DNA of 64,000 nucleotides from a virus (Duplodnaviria; Caudoviricetes): IMG/VR virus record IMGVR_UViG_3300042922_001473; one strand, 5' to 3'. Shown piece by piece: positions 31,179 to 41,300 of this stretch (position 1 is its first letter; each line of letters starts with the position of its first letter). The notes under the pieces were generated by a model. It saw only the letters and a program-made list of their open reading frames with translations, ran no database searches and was not told where the DNA came from. The position numbers and the translations under genes were made by a program.

Positions 31179-32186
31179 GTGGTATATATGAAAAAGAAAG
31201 TAAATGATATTATTTATGAACTTAATGCTGTTGATATATATAAAATGGTGCTTTCAGGTGAATTAAAAAGATTTCCTAATCACTACTGGGATTATAACCT
31301 TTCGCAAGAAGAATCAAAAAGAAATGCATCAAAAATTCTAAAATATTTAATCGAAGATATATTACATTGGGATAAAGAACAAGTAAAAGAATCTTTTAAT
31401 ACGTATATTGTTAGTAAATATAAACTTCAGGGAATGCTTGTTGTCCTTTTTAATGGAACAATTCATGATATGATTGAAAATGCATATCCCAATAAAATTA
31501 AACCTTGGGAATTAAAAAAAGCTCCAAATAGCTTTTGGAATTTAGAAACTTCAAAATTAGCAACAATATGGATGATTGAAGAAAAATTAAAATGGAGTCG
31601 TGAAGATATTTGTTCAAAACTAACCAAAAACACATTTATAGAATGTGGTCTTTTTGGAGCTATGGATATAGACGGTTTAGACGTAAGCCCATATAAAACA
31701 ATAAACAACGCTTATCCTGGCGAATTTAAACCTTGGGAACTAAAGATGTGTCCTATGGGGTTCTGGAACGAAAGAACAGCAGGAGAAGCTGTAAGATGGC
31801 TTGTTGAAGAAAAGTTAAAATTAAAAGAAGAAGAAATTGTAAATTTAAGGGAAAGAGATTTTTTTAATAATAGCATAAGAGGAGCTTTTGAAATTATGGG
31901 GGAAAGTATCGTTAAAACTCTTAATGCAGGTTATCCAGGAAAGTATATAAAAATAGGGAATATAATCTATACTGCAGATAAAAAATATAGAAAAAGTATA
32001 GTTTCTAAAAATAATAATTCTAATTTTACTGGTGTGGTATATGTTAAAAAAAGAAGAAGATGGATTGCTTCTGTAAATATAAATGGAAAAACGAACTATT
32101 TAGGTAATTATAAAGATTATAACAAAGCAATAGAGTGTAGAATGCTAAAAGAAAAAGAACTGTTAGAAAAAAGTAACGAAAAATAA
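31179..32186 (+). CDS. DUF4046-like repeat protein with C-terminal AP2 DNA-binding domain
   Basis: Repeats of NAYP..KPWELK..P..FW / W..EEKLK; C-terminal GV...RWIA.....KTNYLG.Y...KA...R. Confidence 0.7.
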   Translation: MVYMKKKVNDIIYELNAVDIYKMVLSGELKRFPNHYWDYNLSQEESKRNASKILKYLIEDILHWDKEQVKESFNTYIVSKYKLQGMLVVLFNGTIHDMIENAYPNKIKPWELKKAPNSFWNLETSKLATIWMIEEKLKWSREDICSKLTKNTFIECGLFGAMDIDGLDVSPYKTINNAYPGEFKPWELKMCPMGFWNERTAGEAVRWLVEEKLKLKEEEIVNLRERDFFNNSIRGAFEIMGESIVKTLNAGYPGKYIKIGNIIYTADKKYRKSIVSKNNNSNFTGVVYVKKRRRWIASVNINGKTNYLGNYKDYNKAIECRMLKEKELLEKSNEK

Positions 32187-32230
32187 ATATCATAAATAAA
32201 AGAACACAATAATATTATTGTGTTCTTTTA

Positions 32231-32719
32231 TTATTTTAATTTTAGATAAATTGAGTTAATTCCTGCATCAGTGTATTCGCCTTCTAATACTACCGATTTA
32301 TAACCCATTTTAGTTAAAAAATTTAAAGGAATTAATGTTCGATTATTAATAATTATGACAGACGTATCAAGTTCGATTAATTTTCCATTTACTATTGCTT
32401 TATTGCTTCCTATCTTAAAAATTATTGTATTTTCTTCGTTTTTTCCTTTCACTATTTGATTAACATTATCCCATTCAACATTTAATTCAAGAGTCTCGAA
32501 TATAGCTCTTATTGGGACTAATGTTTTTCCGTTTAAAATTTGGGGTTTAACATCAAATTTAATTTCCTTTTCTTCTCTTAAAACATTTAATATATTTGCT
32601 TTTCTGTAATAATATTTTGTAAAAACAGTGTCTCTTCCATCATTTACATCAAATCCAAATGCTGTAAAGTTGAATATAAATATTAATATCAGAACTAAAA
32701 TCATAGATTTTTTAATCAT
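32231..32719 (-). CDS. exported protein with copper-amine-oxidase N-terminal-like (stalk) domain
   Basis: Signal peptide; P.I.NG.TLVPIRAIFE..V.WD; RTLIPL; AAGGAGG places the start at MIKK. Confidence 0.8.
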   Translation of the reverse strand: MIKKSMILVLILIFIFNFTAFGFDVNDGRDTVFTKYYYRKANILNVLREEKEIKFDVKPQILNGKTLVPIRAIFETLELNVEWDNVNQIVKGKNEENTIIFKIGSNKAIVNGKLIELDTSVIIINNRTLIPLNFLTKMGYKSVVLEGEYTDAGINSIYLKLK

Positions 32720-32847
32720 TTTGCGTACCTCCTTTAAAATTATGTTAAAAAAATTGTGTTTTATATTGTATGTAATTATTAACATTTCAATAAATGTGAA
32801 TTTTAATAAACTATAAAACAAAAAGGTTTTAATTGTAATAATAAAAG

Positions 32848-33210
32848 TTGTTACAATCTATAATATTAAAAATATTTAAAAGGAACTCTATAATATATGG
32901 AGTAAATAAGGAGGCAACACAAATGATAATATTAGAAAAACCTTATACGATTAAGGAGCTTATTGATAAAAAAAATGAAAATGGTTATGTAGAAGGTGTT
33001 GTTAAAGTCAAATTGTCAGAATTGGTAGAAGGCTCATACGATGATTATCTTGATACAATTTCAGAAAAACTTACAGGTTCAAGCTTGTTAAGAGAAATTC
33101 AAGATAGAATTGTGGGTGCTGATGAAAAAGATAATGCAGTCTTACTGAGTGTAAAGGGAGACGTTACAGCTATACTCGAAATGGACATGGAACTTAATGA
33201 AGAAGAATAA
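32848..33210 (+). CDS. acidic hypothetical protein
   Basis: AAGGAGG ahead of the internal Met (MIILE). Confidence 0.65.
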   Translation: MLQSIILKIFKRNSIIYGVNKEATQMIILEKPYTIKELIDKKNENGYVEGVVKVKLSELVEGSYDDYLDTISEKLTGSSLLREIQDRIVGADEKDNAVLLSVKGDVTAILEMDMELNEEE

Positions 33211-33287
33211 TTTGAGACAAAAAAAAGAAGATGTTATGTGCATCTTCTTTTTTATATAAGAAAAAATAATATATTAATAATTATTTT

Positions 33288-33320
33288 TTAAAACCAACTA
33301 AAACCATCAGGAAAAAACAT
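33288..33320 (-). CDS. micropeptide MFFPDGFSWF
   Basis: AAGAGGTG RBS 8 nt before ATG; TAA stop. Confidence 0.55.
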   Translation of the reverse strand: MFFPDGFSWF

Positions 33321-33376
33321 TGTACTAACACCTCTTTTCTTAAAATTTGTTGAAACATTATAAAATTGTTGTTATA

Positions 33377-33409
33377 TTATAACCAACTAAAGCTATCAGG
33401 AAAAAACAT
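33377..33409 (-). CDS. micropeptide MFFPDSFSWL
   Basis: Same RBS spacing; TAA stop. Confidence 0.55.
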   Translation of the reverse strand: MFFPDSFSWL

Positions 33410-33465
33410 TGTACTAACACCTCTTTTCTTAAAATTTATTAAAACATTATAAAATTGTTGTTATA

Positions 33466-33498
33466 TTATATCCAACTAATGCCATTAGGAAAAAACAT
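33466..33498 (-). CDS. micropeptide MFFPNGISWI
   Basis: Same RBS spacing; TAA stop. Confidence 0.55.
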   Translation of the reverse strand: MFFPNGISWI

Positions 33499-33634
33499 CG
33501 TACTAACACCTCTTTTCTTATAAACGTTTACTTAATATTGTAGTATTTTATCTACTCATTTATTCTGTAAAATTTTACAAATTAAACTTTAATTTATTGG
33601 AAAGTTTTGATAGTATATATATTGGGGGTGTAGT

Positions 33635-34204
33635 ATGAAATATAATATAAACTACAAAGTAAATAATACATTAGTAATAATTAATCAAGATAAAGTTAAA
33701 GGTAATCAAATAAATATTACTATTAAAATAAATGAAAAAAAAATTGCATCATATGTAAAAGACTTTCATAAAATCATTATGGAAATTCATTTTAATAATT
33801 TTGTAAAAAAGTTTTTGACTAATCCTGAATACAGACGGTCTTGTTTAATATCAGGCGAATGGAATGAAATTATAAATATAGAAGATATAAATTATAAATC
33901 AGAAATTGATGATTTATGTAAAAAAACAATAATTATATTAAATAATGCAGGAACAAAGAAATTTAAGGATTTTACGAATCTCAAAACTTATGGGAAAGAT
34001 AAATTCTCATATATGAAATATGAAGAATTAAAATTATTGATTGACATTAATGATATTAAGAAAATTGAAGATATATTTCATGATAAACATTTGGTCATTA
34101 CCGCTATGAAATGGGTTGCAAGGGGATTAACTGCAGAAAACTCTATACGAAAAGTAAAAACAGATTTAACAATAGATAATAATAACAAAATTTTAAATAA
34201 GTAA
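33635..34204 (+). CDS. hypothetical protein
   Basis: GGGGG RBS; C-terminal KWVARGL....IRKVKTD motif. Confidence 0.7.
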   Translation: MKYNINYKVNNTLVIINQDKVKGNQINITIKINEKKIASYVKDFHKIIMEIHFNNFVKKFLTNPEYRRSCLISGEWNEIINIEDINYKSEIDDLCKKTIIILNNAGTKKFKDFTNLKTYGKDKFSYMKYEELKLLIDINDIKKIEDIFHDKHLVITAMKWVARGLTAENSIRKVKTDLTIDNNNKILNK

Positions 34205-34323
34205 TTCAGAAAGTAAAAAGAGCTGAATATAGAACTATATTAAGCACTAAATTTAAGTCTAAATATTGACTTTAATTTAAAGCTATGTTATAATGTACAT
34301 ATAAAGGCAATTGGAGGTATAAA

Positions 34324-34785
34324 ATGAAAAAACCTAATCTTAATGAGATAATAAGTATCTCAGATTTTAAGAAACAAGCGTCACAAATTCTCAATCAAAA
34401 AGAAACAAAGGTCATAATGAAAAACAATGAGCCATTATCAGTGATTATACCATATGAAGAATATCTTAAAACTATAGAAGAAGCCAAACAAGAGTTATTG
34501 AGGGGAATTGGTCAAGATATAACTATGAAAAATGGTGTAAAACTAATGGTATGTGTTGAAACTGAAGAAGACACATCAAGAGAAGGGATTGCTATAAAGG
34601 TATATAAAAAGATGCAAACAAGTGGCGATTATAAATTGTTTTACACGTTACATCTTGATGCTCCTGGTATTGAAACAACATTTACTAATGAAGAGTATCT
34701 TGAACAAATGAGAAAATATTTAGAAGATAAAGGTGCTAAACCACCATATCTAAATGAAGAGATTATTAAAACAGAGGAGAATTAA
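34324..34785 (+). CDS. Phd/YefM-type antitoxin-domain protein with C-terminal extension
   Basis: IISISDFKK..IMKNNEPLSVIIPYEEY; promoter TTGACT-N17-TATAAT containing inverted repeat CTTTAATTTAAAG. Confidence 0.65.
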   Translation: MKKPNLNEIISISDFKKQASQILNQKETKVIMKNNEPLSVIIPYEEYLKTIEEAKQELLRGIGQDITMKNGVKLMVCVETEEDTSREGIAIKVYKKMQTSGDYKLFYTLHLDAPGIETTFTNEEYLEQMRKYLEDKGAKPPYLNEEIIKTEEN

Positions 34786-35092
34786 AGTGAAAACAATTGA
34801 TATTTATTATAATAAAGAAAAAGAATGTATTCAACTGGTGGGAAATGGCATAGTAAAGTTTCATGATGAAGCTATAAATAGCAGTGAATTTTTAAGTTAT
34901 TTTGATGATGATATGAGAGAAGTAGAAGGATTAAAAGACCTGACATTAGATGAAATTACAGAAGGTTATGATTGTATGCTTGCAGATTACAAACAAAATT
35001 GTGGAGAAAAAGCAGTTGAAGAATATTTCAATAATGTAGCACAGCAAGAAATACAAGGAGAATTGATTTGTAGTTTCAAAATTAAAGAATAG
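34754..35092 (+). CDS. acidic hypothetical protein
   Basis: GAGGAG ahead of a GTG just after the upstream stop. Confidence 0.6.
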   Translation: MKRLLKQRRIKVKTIDIYYNKEKECIQLVGNGIVKFHDEAINSSEFLSYFDDDMREVEGLKDLTLDEITEGYDCMLADYKQNCGEKAVEEYFNNVAQQEIQGELICSFKIKE

Positions 35093-35161
35093 CAAAATTT
35101 TTTCACTTAAAAATAGATTTAATTAATAAAAAATTCAACATGTTTTATATAAAAAACACAA

Positions 35162-35391
35162 GGTTATTAAATTAACAACCTTGTGTTTTTTATTATCGTA
35201 AATATTAAATTAACAGTACTACGCTAAACGCATAATTCGAATGATAGGACAGTACAACGTAGAAAATATCAGTATTGGTTATTAAATTAACAACCTTGTG
35301 TTTTTTATTATCGTAAATATTAAATTAACAGTACTACGCTAAACGCATAATTCGAATGATAGGACAGTACAACGTAGAAAATATCAGTATT
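35162..35391. repeat. exact 115-bp tandem duplication
   Basis: 35162-35276 repeated at 35277-35391. Confidence 0.9.
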
Positions 35392-35426
35392 ATCATACTT
35401 TAATATGGTGACACCGCCTTAAAATA

Positions 35427-35780
35427 TCATTTTATAATAAATTCGTTACCTTCTGAAAAATATATTGTCATTTTTTCCTTATTAATTTCATTAACAAATT
35501 TATCAAATAGCGTTTCTGTCATTTTCTTTTTATCGTAATAATCTTTTATTTCATATGTCAAATTAACTTTATGATTTTCATTCTCACAGTTTAATGTAAA
35601 TAAAGCTTGAGCAGGTTTTGTAGCTATCCAATTGCCATTTCCTTTTCCTAACTCTTTTACTTTATATCCTTTATCTTTATATTTTTGTGTTTTTTTCCAA
35701 TCTCCTTGAAATGTAATACTTTCTGATGGGATATATACTGAGTCAACTATTTTACATACATTCATTTCAAACACCTCCAC
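35427..35780 (-). CDS. hypothetical protein
   Basis: GGAGGTG ahead of the internal Met (MNVCK). Confidence 0.65.
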   Translation of the reverse strand: MEVFEMNVCKIVDSVYIPSESITFQGDWKKTQKYKDKGYKVKELGKGNGNWIATKPAQALFTLNCENENHKVNLTYEIKDYYDKKKMTETLFDKFVNEINKEKMTIYFSEGNEFIIK

Positions 35781-36073
35781 TTATTACTTATAAGTCTTAA
35801 TATATGAATATTGGAATCAACTATCATAATTATATAACAGATTCAGTTAAAACGCTACTATAATAATGATTTTAATTATAAAAAAACAGGTATTGTTTTT
35901 AATAAAAATATTTAATTATGGAAAAATGCACTTCAAAACAAAACTTGTTATTTGATTATTGTTTGTTTATTGACAATTTTTAAGTTTTATATATCTATCT
36001 ATTTGCATAAGATAATAAAAATTAATATAAATGGAAAATGAAATTTTATATAAATAGGGGGATGTGATAATAA

Positions 36074-36211
36074 ATGAATTATGAATCAAAATATACTGAA
36101 GAATTAGTTTATAACGAAATTAAAAAGTCAGAAGGTAATATCGTTAAAGCTTTAGCTGTAATGTCTGTTTTAATAGTTCTATGTATAAGTGCATTTATTT
36201 CAGTAATATAA
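36074..36211 (+). CDS. 45-aa single-TM protein (below ORF-track cutoff)
   Basis: AGGGGGG upstream; MNYESKY...ALAVMSVLIVLCISAFISVI; terminator follows. Confidence 0.45.
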   Translation: MNYESKYTEELVYNEIKKSEGNIVKALAVMSVLIVLCISAFISVI

Positions 36212-36284
36212 TAGTTGAATTGGAAAAAGAAGCTCTTTGCTTCTTTTTTAATAATAGAAGAAAATTTATCAAGGAGAATATATT

Positions 36285-36809
36285 GTGGAACAAGTTAAAC
36301 GAGATAAGTCGGGAAAATTTACAACTTCTGAAAAAACTAATTTAATTGGCAAAAGATTTGGAAAGCTAAAAGTTATTAGAGATAGTGGAAGAAGAATACA
36401 CAGAAAAGTTATATGGGAATGTTTATGTGATTGTAATAAAACTACCTTTGTCACAAGTGATAGATTAGTTAGTGAAAACACAAGAAGCTGTGGTTGTTTA
36501 AAAAATGAGTTCTATGAGAGTCATACACATAATAATCCGACTTTTATTGAAGGAACAGAGGTCGGGTTATTAAATCCAGAGTTAACTTATAGTCACAATA
36601 CTTCAGGTCATAGAGGAGTTTCTCAAAATAAAAAAAATGGTAAATACAGAGCTTACATACAGTTTAAAAAGAAACCGTATTGGCTTGGAACATTTATAAA
36701 TATTGAAGAAGCTATTGAAGTTAGAAAAAATGCAGAATCCATGTTGTTTGGAAATTTTTTAGAATGGTATATGGATAATAATAAGAAATTGGGAGAGGAA
36801 CATGATTAA
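36285..36809 (+). CDS. AP2-domain DNA-binding protein (phage HNH/AP2-associated type)
   Basis: LIGKRFGKL.V, WECLCDC, SCGC, NTSGHRGV..YRAYI..LG.F...EAI..R..AE. Confidence 0.8.
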   Translation: MEQVKRDKSGKFTTSEKTNLIGKRFGKLKVIRDSGRRIHRKVIWECLCDCNKTTFVTSDRLVSENTRSCGCLKNEFYESHTHNNPTFIEGTEVGLLNPELTYSHNTSGHRGVSQNKKNGKYRAYIQFKKKPYWLGTFINIEEAIEVRKNAESMLFGNFLEWYMDNNKKLGEEHD

Positions 36810-36964
36810 TCAAGTTATGTACTGTAGTTATTAGAGAAGAAAAATAAATCTATTGGTATTGAATAGAAAGTTTTCGAGTGTTTAATATATCACATTAAAA
36901 ACACATCTAAATAGATGTGTTTTTTGTATTTCGTTATAAATTTTAAATGCATGTCAAATTTATA

Positions 36965-36993
36965 TTGACTATTGTCAATGAAAACTGTATAAT
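36965..36993 (+). promoter_or_regulatory. sigma-A promoter with palindrome TTGACTATTGTCAA
   Basis: TTGACT-N17-TATAAT. Confidence 0.78.
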
Positions 36994-37032
36994 AAAATTA
37001 AACTAAAATTAAAAATAGGAGGTTAAGTCAAA

Positions 37033-37518
37033 ATGTTTTTAAATTACCAAAACTTCATTACAGATACATTATATAACATTTTTCATCCAAACTGCAACTC
37101 ATTTGCTGATTATATACAAGTAGTATTTAGTGGAATGTTAGTTATTATTTCGGGTTTAGTAGTAATCGCAATTATAGCAGGAATTTTAATATTGCCATTT
37201 ATTGTATATAAAAAATGTGTTAAAAATATAGAAGTACAAATAAATGAAACTTATATTAGATATAGAAAGGATTATGAGGGAGACTCAAAAGATATTGAAG
37301 CACTACAATCAAAACAAGAAAAATTAGAAAATGAAAAGTTAAAATATATTATATTAGTAATTTTGCTTTCTATTGTAATTTATATTCCAATGATTCTTCC
37401 AATATTTATGATGATAATTGATTTTTTAGGGTTACTATACTTTTCTACCTTGATTGTAATTTTATTATTAATAGGATTTATTATTTTTGATATGTGGTTT
37501 CGTAGTAACTATTATTAA
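37033..37518 (+). CDS. membrane protein (paralogue of 42182)
   Basis: MF..YQ.FITDTL..I..P..NSF.DY.QVV shared; TM-coil-TM-TM layout. Confidence 0.75.
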   Translation: MFLNYQNFITDTLYNIFHPNCNSFADYIQVVFSGMLVIISGLVVIAIIAGILILPFIVYKKCVKNIEVQINETYIRYRKDYEGDSKDIEALQSKQEKLENEKLKYIILVILLSIVIYIPMILPIFMMIIDFLGLLYFSTLIVILLLIGFIIFDMWFRSNYY

Positions 37519-37643
37519 AGATAAAAAATTTCACACACATAATTTCTAAAAGTAATAGTAGGTATGGCATTGATGTTTTAATATTATATAACAAATAAAA
37601 AGATGCAAACATTGTCAATTATTTGTATCTTTTTATTTGCTAC

Positions 37644-38126
37644 TTAATAATTTTTATAGATAAATTTTAATAAATGTGGTGGAATGTTCGAATTATATAA
37701 TATTTCATTGTTATTATTTTCAAACCACTCATTACATTCACAAATTTCATCGTTGCAATCACATACAATATTTTCTAATGAATCTAAGTACCATTCACAT
37801 TGTTCTGTAATCTGGTTAGACGTTATTGAATTATTTCGAATTTCAGTAAGTAGAAAGTCAACTACGCCAAACTCTGCACTAAAAAGTTTTGTTTTATCAA
37901 GGTCTTTAGAATCTACTTCTATAATTGTATCTTCTTACTACAACCGTAACTGTGTGAAAAAAAGAAAACGCACTTACTTCTATCCATCTTATTTTTATGT
38001 TTTACATTCATAAGTAAATCATCTAATAAAACAGTATCTTTTCTTTTATTTTTTTGAATCAACATAAAGTCCTTCACTTTTTATTCTTTCGATATTATTA
38101 ATATTTATAATATGATATAGTTTCAT
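37644..38126 (-). pseudogene. frameshifted ADP-ribosyltransferase-fold (Tpt1/KptA-like) gene
   Basis: GGAGG RBS; MKLYHI..NIERIKSEGL, RSKCVFFF, IIEVDS, EILYNSNIPPHLLK across two frameshifts (first in an A7 run). Confidence 0.55.
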
Positions 38127-38383
38127 TTTCCCTCCAATGAATCAAAATGTTCTTTATATAAAAATACATACTTATTTCCTAAAACACCTGGTATATTAAT
38201 TTTTTATATTATATTTTCAATTTTTAAAAGGTATTTTATAATATTTAATTTATCTGTAGAAAAACTTCAAATTATATAATTCACTTCGTTATCTATAATA
38301 TATTATTGCAAAAAACAAGGTACAATTTTTGTAAATTTAAAAAGGCAAGTAAAAAATTATTTATATAGTGGAGGATTATTATA

Positions 38384-41300
38384 ATGGCAAAACAAAATGT
38401 AGCTTACAAAATGGTAGAATCAGAGGTGTTTAAAGGAGCTGATGAAATAAAAAATTCAATTAAACAAGGACTTAAATTAATTAATAGTAAAAGAACTATA
38501 AAAAATGAAGAAGAGCTTCCTTATCCTATGGATACAAGTTATGGAGAAAAGGATTGGAATATCACTTCAGCTTTAAGAGAAATTATTGCAAATGCTATAG
38601 ATACTGGTTCTGAGTATAAAATTGATTATGTTTCTGGATTTGCAGTAATTAGAGACAAAGGAGCAGGGTTAACTAAACAATCTTTTATTTTCGGGAAAAG
38701 TACAAAAAGAGAGTCTGATTCTAAAGTTGGACAATTTGGCGAAGGAACAAAAATGAGTTTTTTGACACTTCTTCGACTTGAAAGAATAGTTTGGGTTAAT
38801 ACTGTTGGCTTTACAACATTGGTAGATAAAGTTCCATCTGAAAAGTATGGTGCTGAATTAATGAAATTAAGATTTTTACCAAACGATAGAAAAGAAGGAA
38901 CGGATATTTTTATTGAATGTTCTGAACAAGAGCTGGAAGAAGCAAAGAGACTTTTCCTTGAACTAAGTCCTCTTGAAAAAATTGACAACAATATATTTAA
39001 ACCTGCAAACAGTATTTTTATAGTTGGTTTAAAAACAACAACATTGACTAACACTCTATTTAGCTATAACATAGAAGATAAAACTATGACAAACAGAGAC
39101 CGCAATATTGTTGATGTTGTAAAATTACAATCAAGTGTCATGAATATATTAAAAAAGGCAAAGAATCAAGCTTTTATAAAAGAATATTTAACTGCTTTTA
39201 AGGATAATTCAAATGCTTTTGAATATCAATTACCATTCATACCTGACGAATCAAAAAAAGATACATGGGTTAAAGTACTTAAAAAAGTATTACCAAAAGC
39301 TGTTTTATCATCAGATATGCAATCAGATTTATATGCAAGCATGATGGGATATACGGTTTTAAGAAATGTACCTTCCAATTTACACAGAGTATTTAAATAC
39401 TTAGGTGTTAGTGAAAGTAGCGTCTATGCAAGAAACTACAATGGAGAAGGTTTGAAAATTGATAAGAAAATTATATTTCCAATCTCTGAAGGTTATGTTG
39501 GTCAATGGACAAGAAAAGATGCAATAAAAGAATTTCTTGCAAACTCACTTGATGCAGGAGACAAAATAAGTGTTACATGTAGCGATGGGAAAGTAAGAAT
39601 ATCTGATAATGGAGTAGGTATTGCTAAAAAACACTTTGTATTCGGAGTTTCTGAAAAAAATGACACTGCAATTGGTAAATGGGGAGAGGGTATGAAAATT
39701 GCTTGTTTAGTTCTTGCAAGAACCCAAAGCCCAGTAAAAATTGAGACAGTAGGCTACACTTATGAAGCAAAATTAGAAAAAAATGACGACTTTGGAATGA
39801 AGCTATTGGTTGTTTATTATACTAAAAATTTAAGGACAAAAGGAACTTCCATTGTATTCAATGCCACTGAAAAGGAAATTGAAGAAGCCAAGGGAATGTT
39901 TATTCAATTTAAAGGGGTCAGAAACAAAAAAATTTCAACAGACATTATGGATGTTTATTTTGAAAATCCTGGTGTTGTTTATTCCAATGGACTTGAAACT
40001 ACAAAAATAAATGCACTCTTTAGTTATAACATTAAAAATAAAGAAATAGTTTCATCAAGAGACAGAAATGCAGTAGATACCTATAAATTGCAGGAATATA
40101 TTGAAAAATTCCTTTCTGCTTCAACTGATGAAACGATTATAGACAAATTCTTAAGTGGCTGGCAGAATGATAGGGGTTTAATTGAATATAGAGCACAATT
40201 TCAGCCTAAAAGCGAAGAAGTATGGATTAAAATTGCTAAAAAAACTTTTAATAAAGCATGTTTTGCTATAGATGGTTATGATAATGAAGACTTTATAGCT
40301 AAACAGGCAGGATATACTATTCTTAGAGAAGTTCCGTATTCTGTTAGAAGAGTATTAGAACGAGCAGGTATAAAAAGAGCAGATATTATAGCAAAGAAAT
40401 ATAAAAACAAAGGCATACTATTAGGGGATAGAATTGTATACCCTATAACAAAAGAGTATGTAAGCAATATGAGTATAGATGACGCTATAAAAGAACTTAT
40501 ATCGAATTGCCTTGACACAGAATCTAAAACTTCAATTTCTTGTGGTGACGGTATAATTTCAATAAGTGATAAAGGTGAAGGGATTTCGAAGAAAAACTTA
40601 TTGTTTTCAGAATCTAATAAAACTGAAAGTCAAATTGGTCAATTTTGTGAGGGTTTAAAATTTGCTTCATTGGTACTTGCAAGAAATAATAGAGAATTTA
40701 AGATTTCAACAAAGGGTTATGACTATGTTGCTACAATAGAACGTGACACACAGTTTAAAGCGGATGTTCTTGTAATAACTCTTTCAGCTAACAGAAAAAG
40801 AGTTGGAACTGATATAACATTTAAAGGAACTCAGCAAGAACTTAATAGAGCAAAAAATAATTTTTTAGCATTTAATGAAAGCTTCAAGCGTGTAGACTGT
40901 GGAATATATTCACCAGGGGGAAATATTTTTGTTAATGGAGTATTTATACAAAAAATTAACTCAATCTACAGTTATGATATAATAGGAGCAAAAGATATTG
41001 TTTCGAGAGAGAGAAAAACTATAGACTTTGAAAAAGCGAAAATAAGTATTTCTTCATTGGTATCAATATCGGATAATAAGAAATTTATTGAGCACTTTAT
41101 TACAAACAAACAATATGATAAAATAGAACATCAATTATCGGTTAATCCGCTAAATAAAGCTGTTTGGAAAGAAGTAATTGGAACAGTTTATGCAAAACAC
41201 TGTTTTGCAACTGGTAGCGATTATGATGGAGTAGCAATGGACAAAGGTTATAAATTAATACTTCAGACTTCCATAACAATGCAAGCATTGCTTTCAAGAT

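Larger units (their letters stand above)
33288..33520 (-). repeat. 89-bp tandem repeat (about 2.6 units), each unit carrying RBS + 10-codon ORF
   Basis: Unit starts at 33293, 33382 and 33471. Confidence 0.9.

Noticed and set aside
33288-33520. CRISPR array
   Set aside because: The whole 89-bp unit is repeated with no unique spacers, and there are no cas genes.
37684-38013. 109-aa plus-strand ORF
   Set aside because: Antisense to the frameshifted ART-like gene, which has the RBS and motifs.
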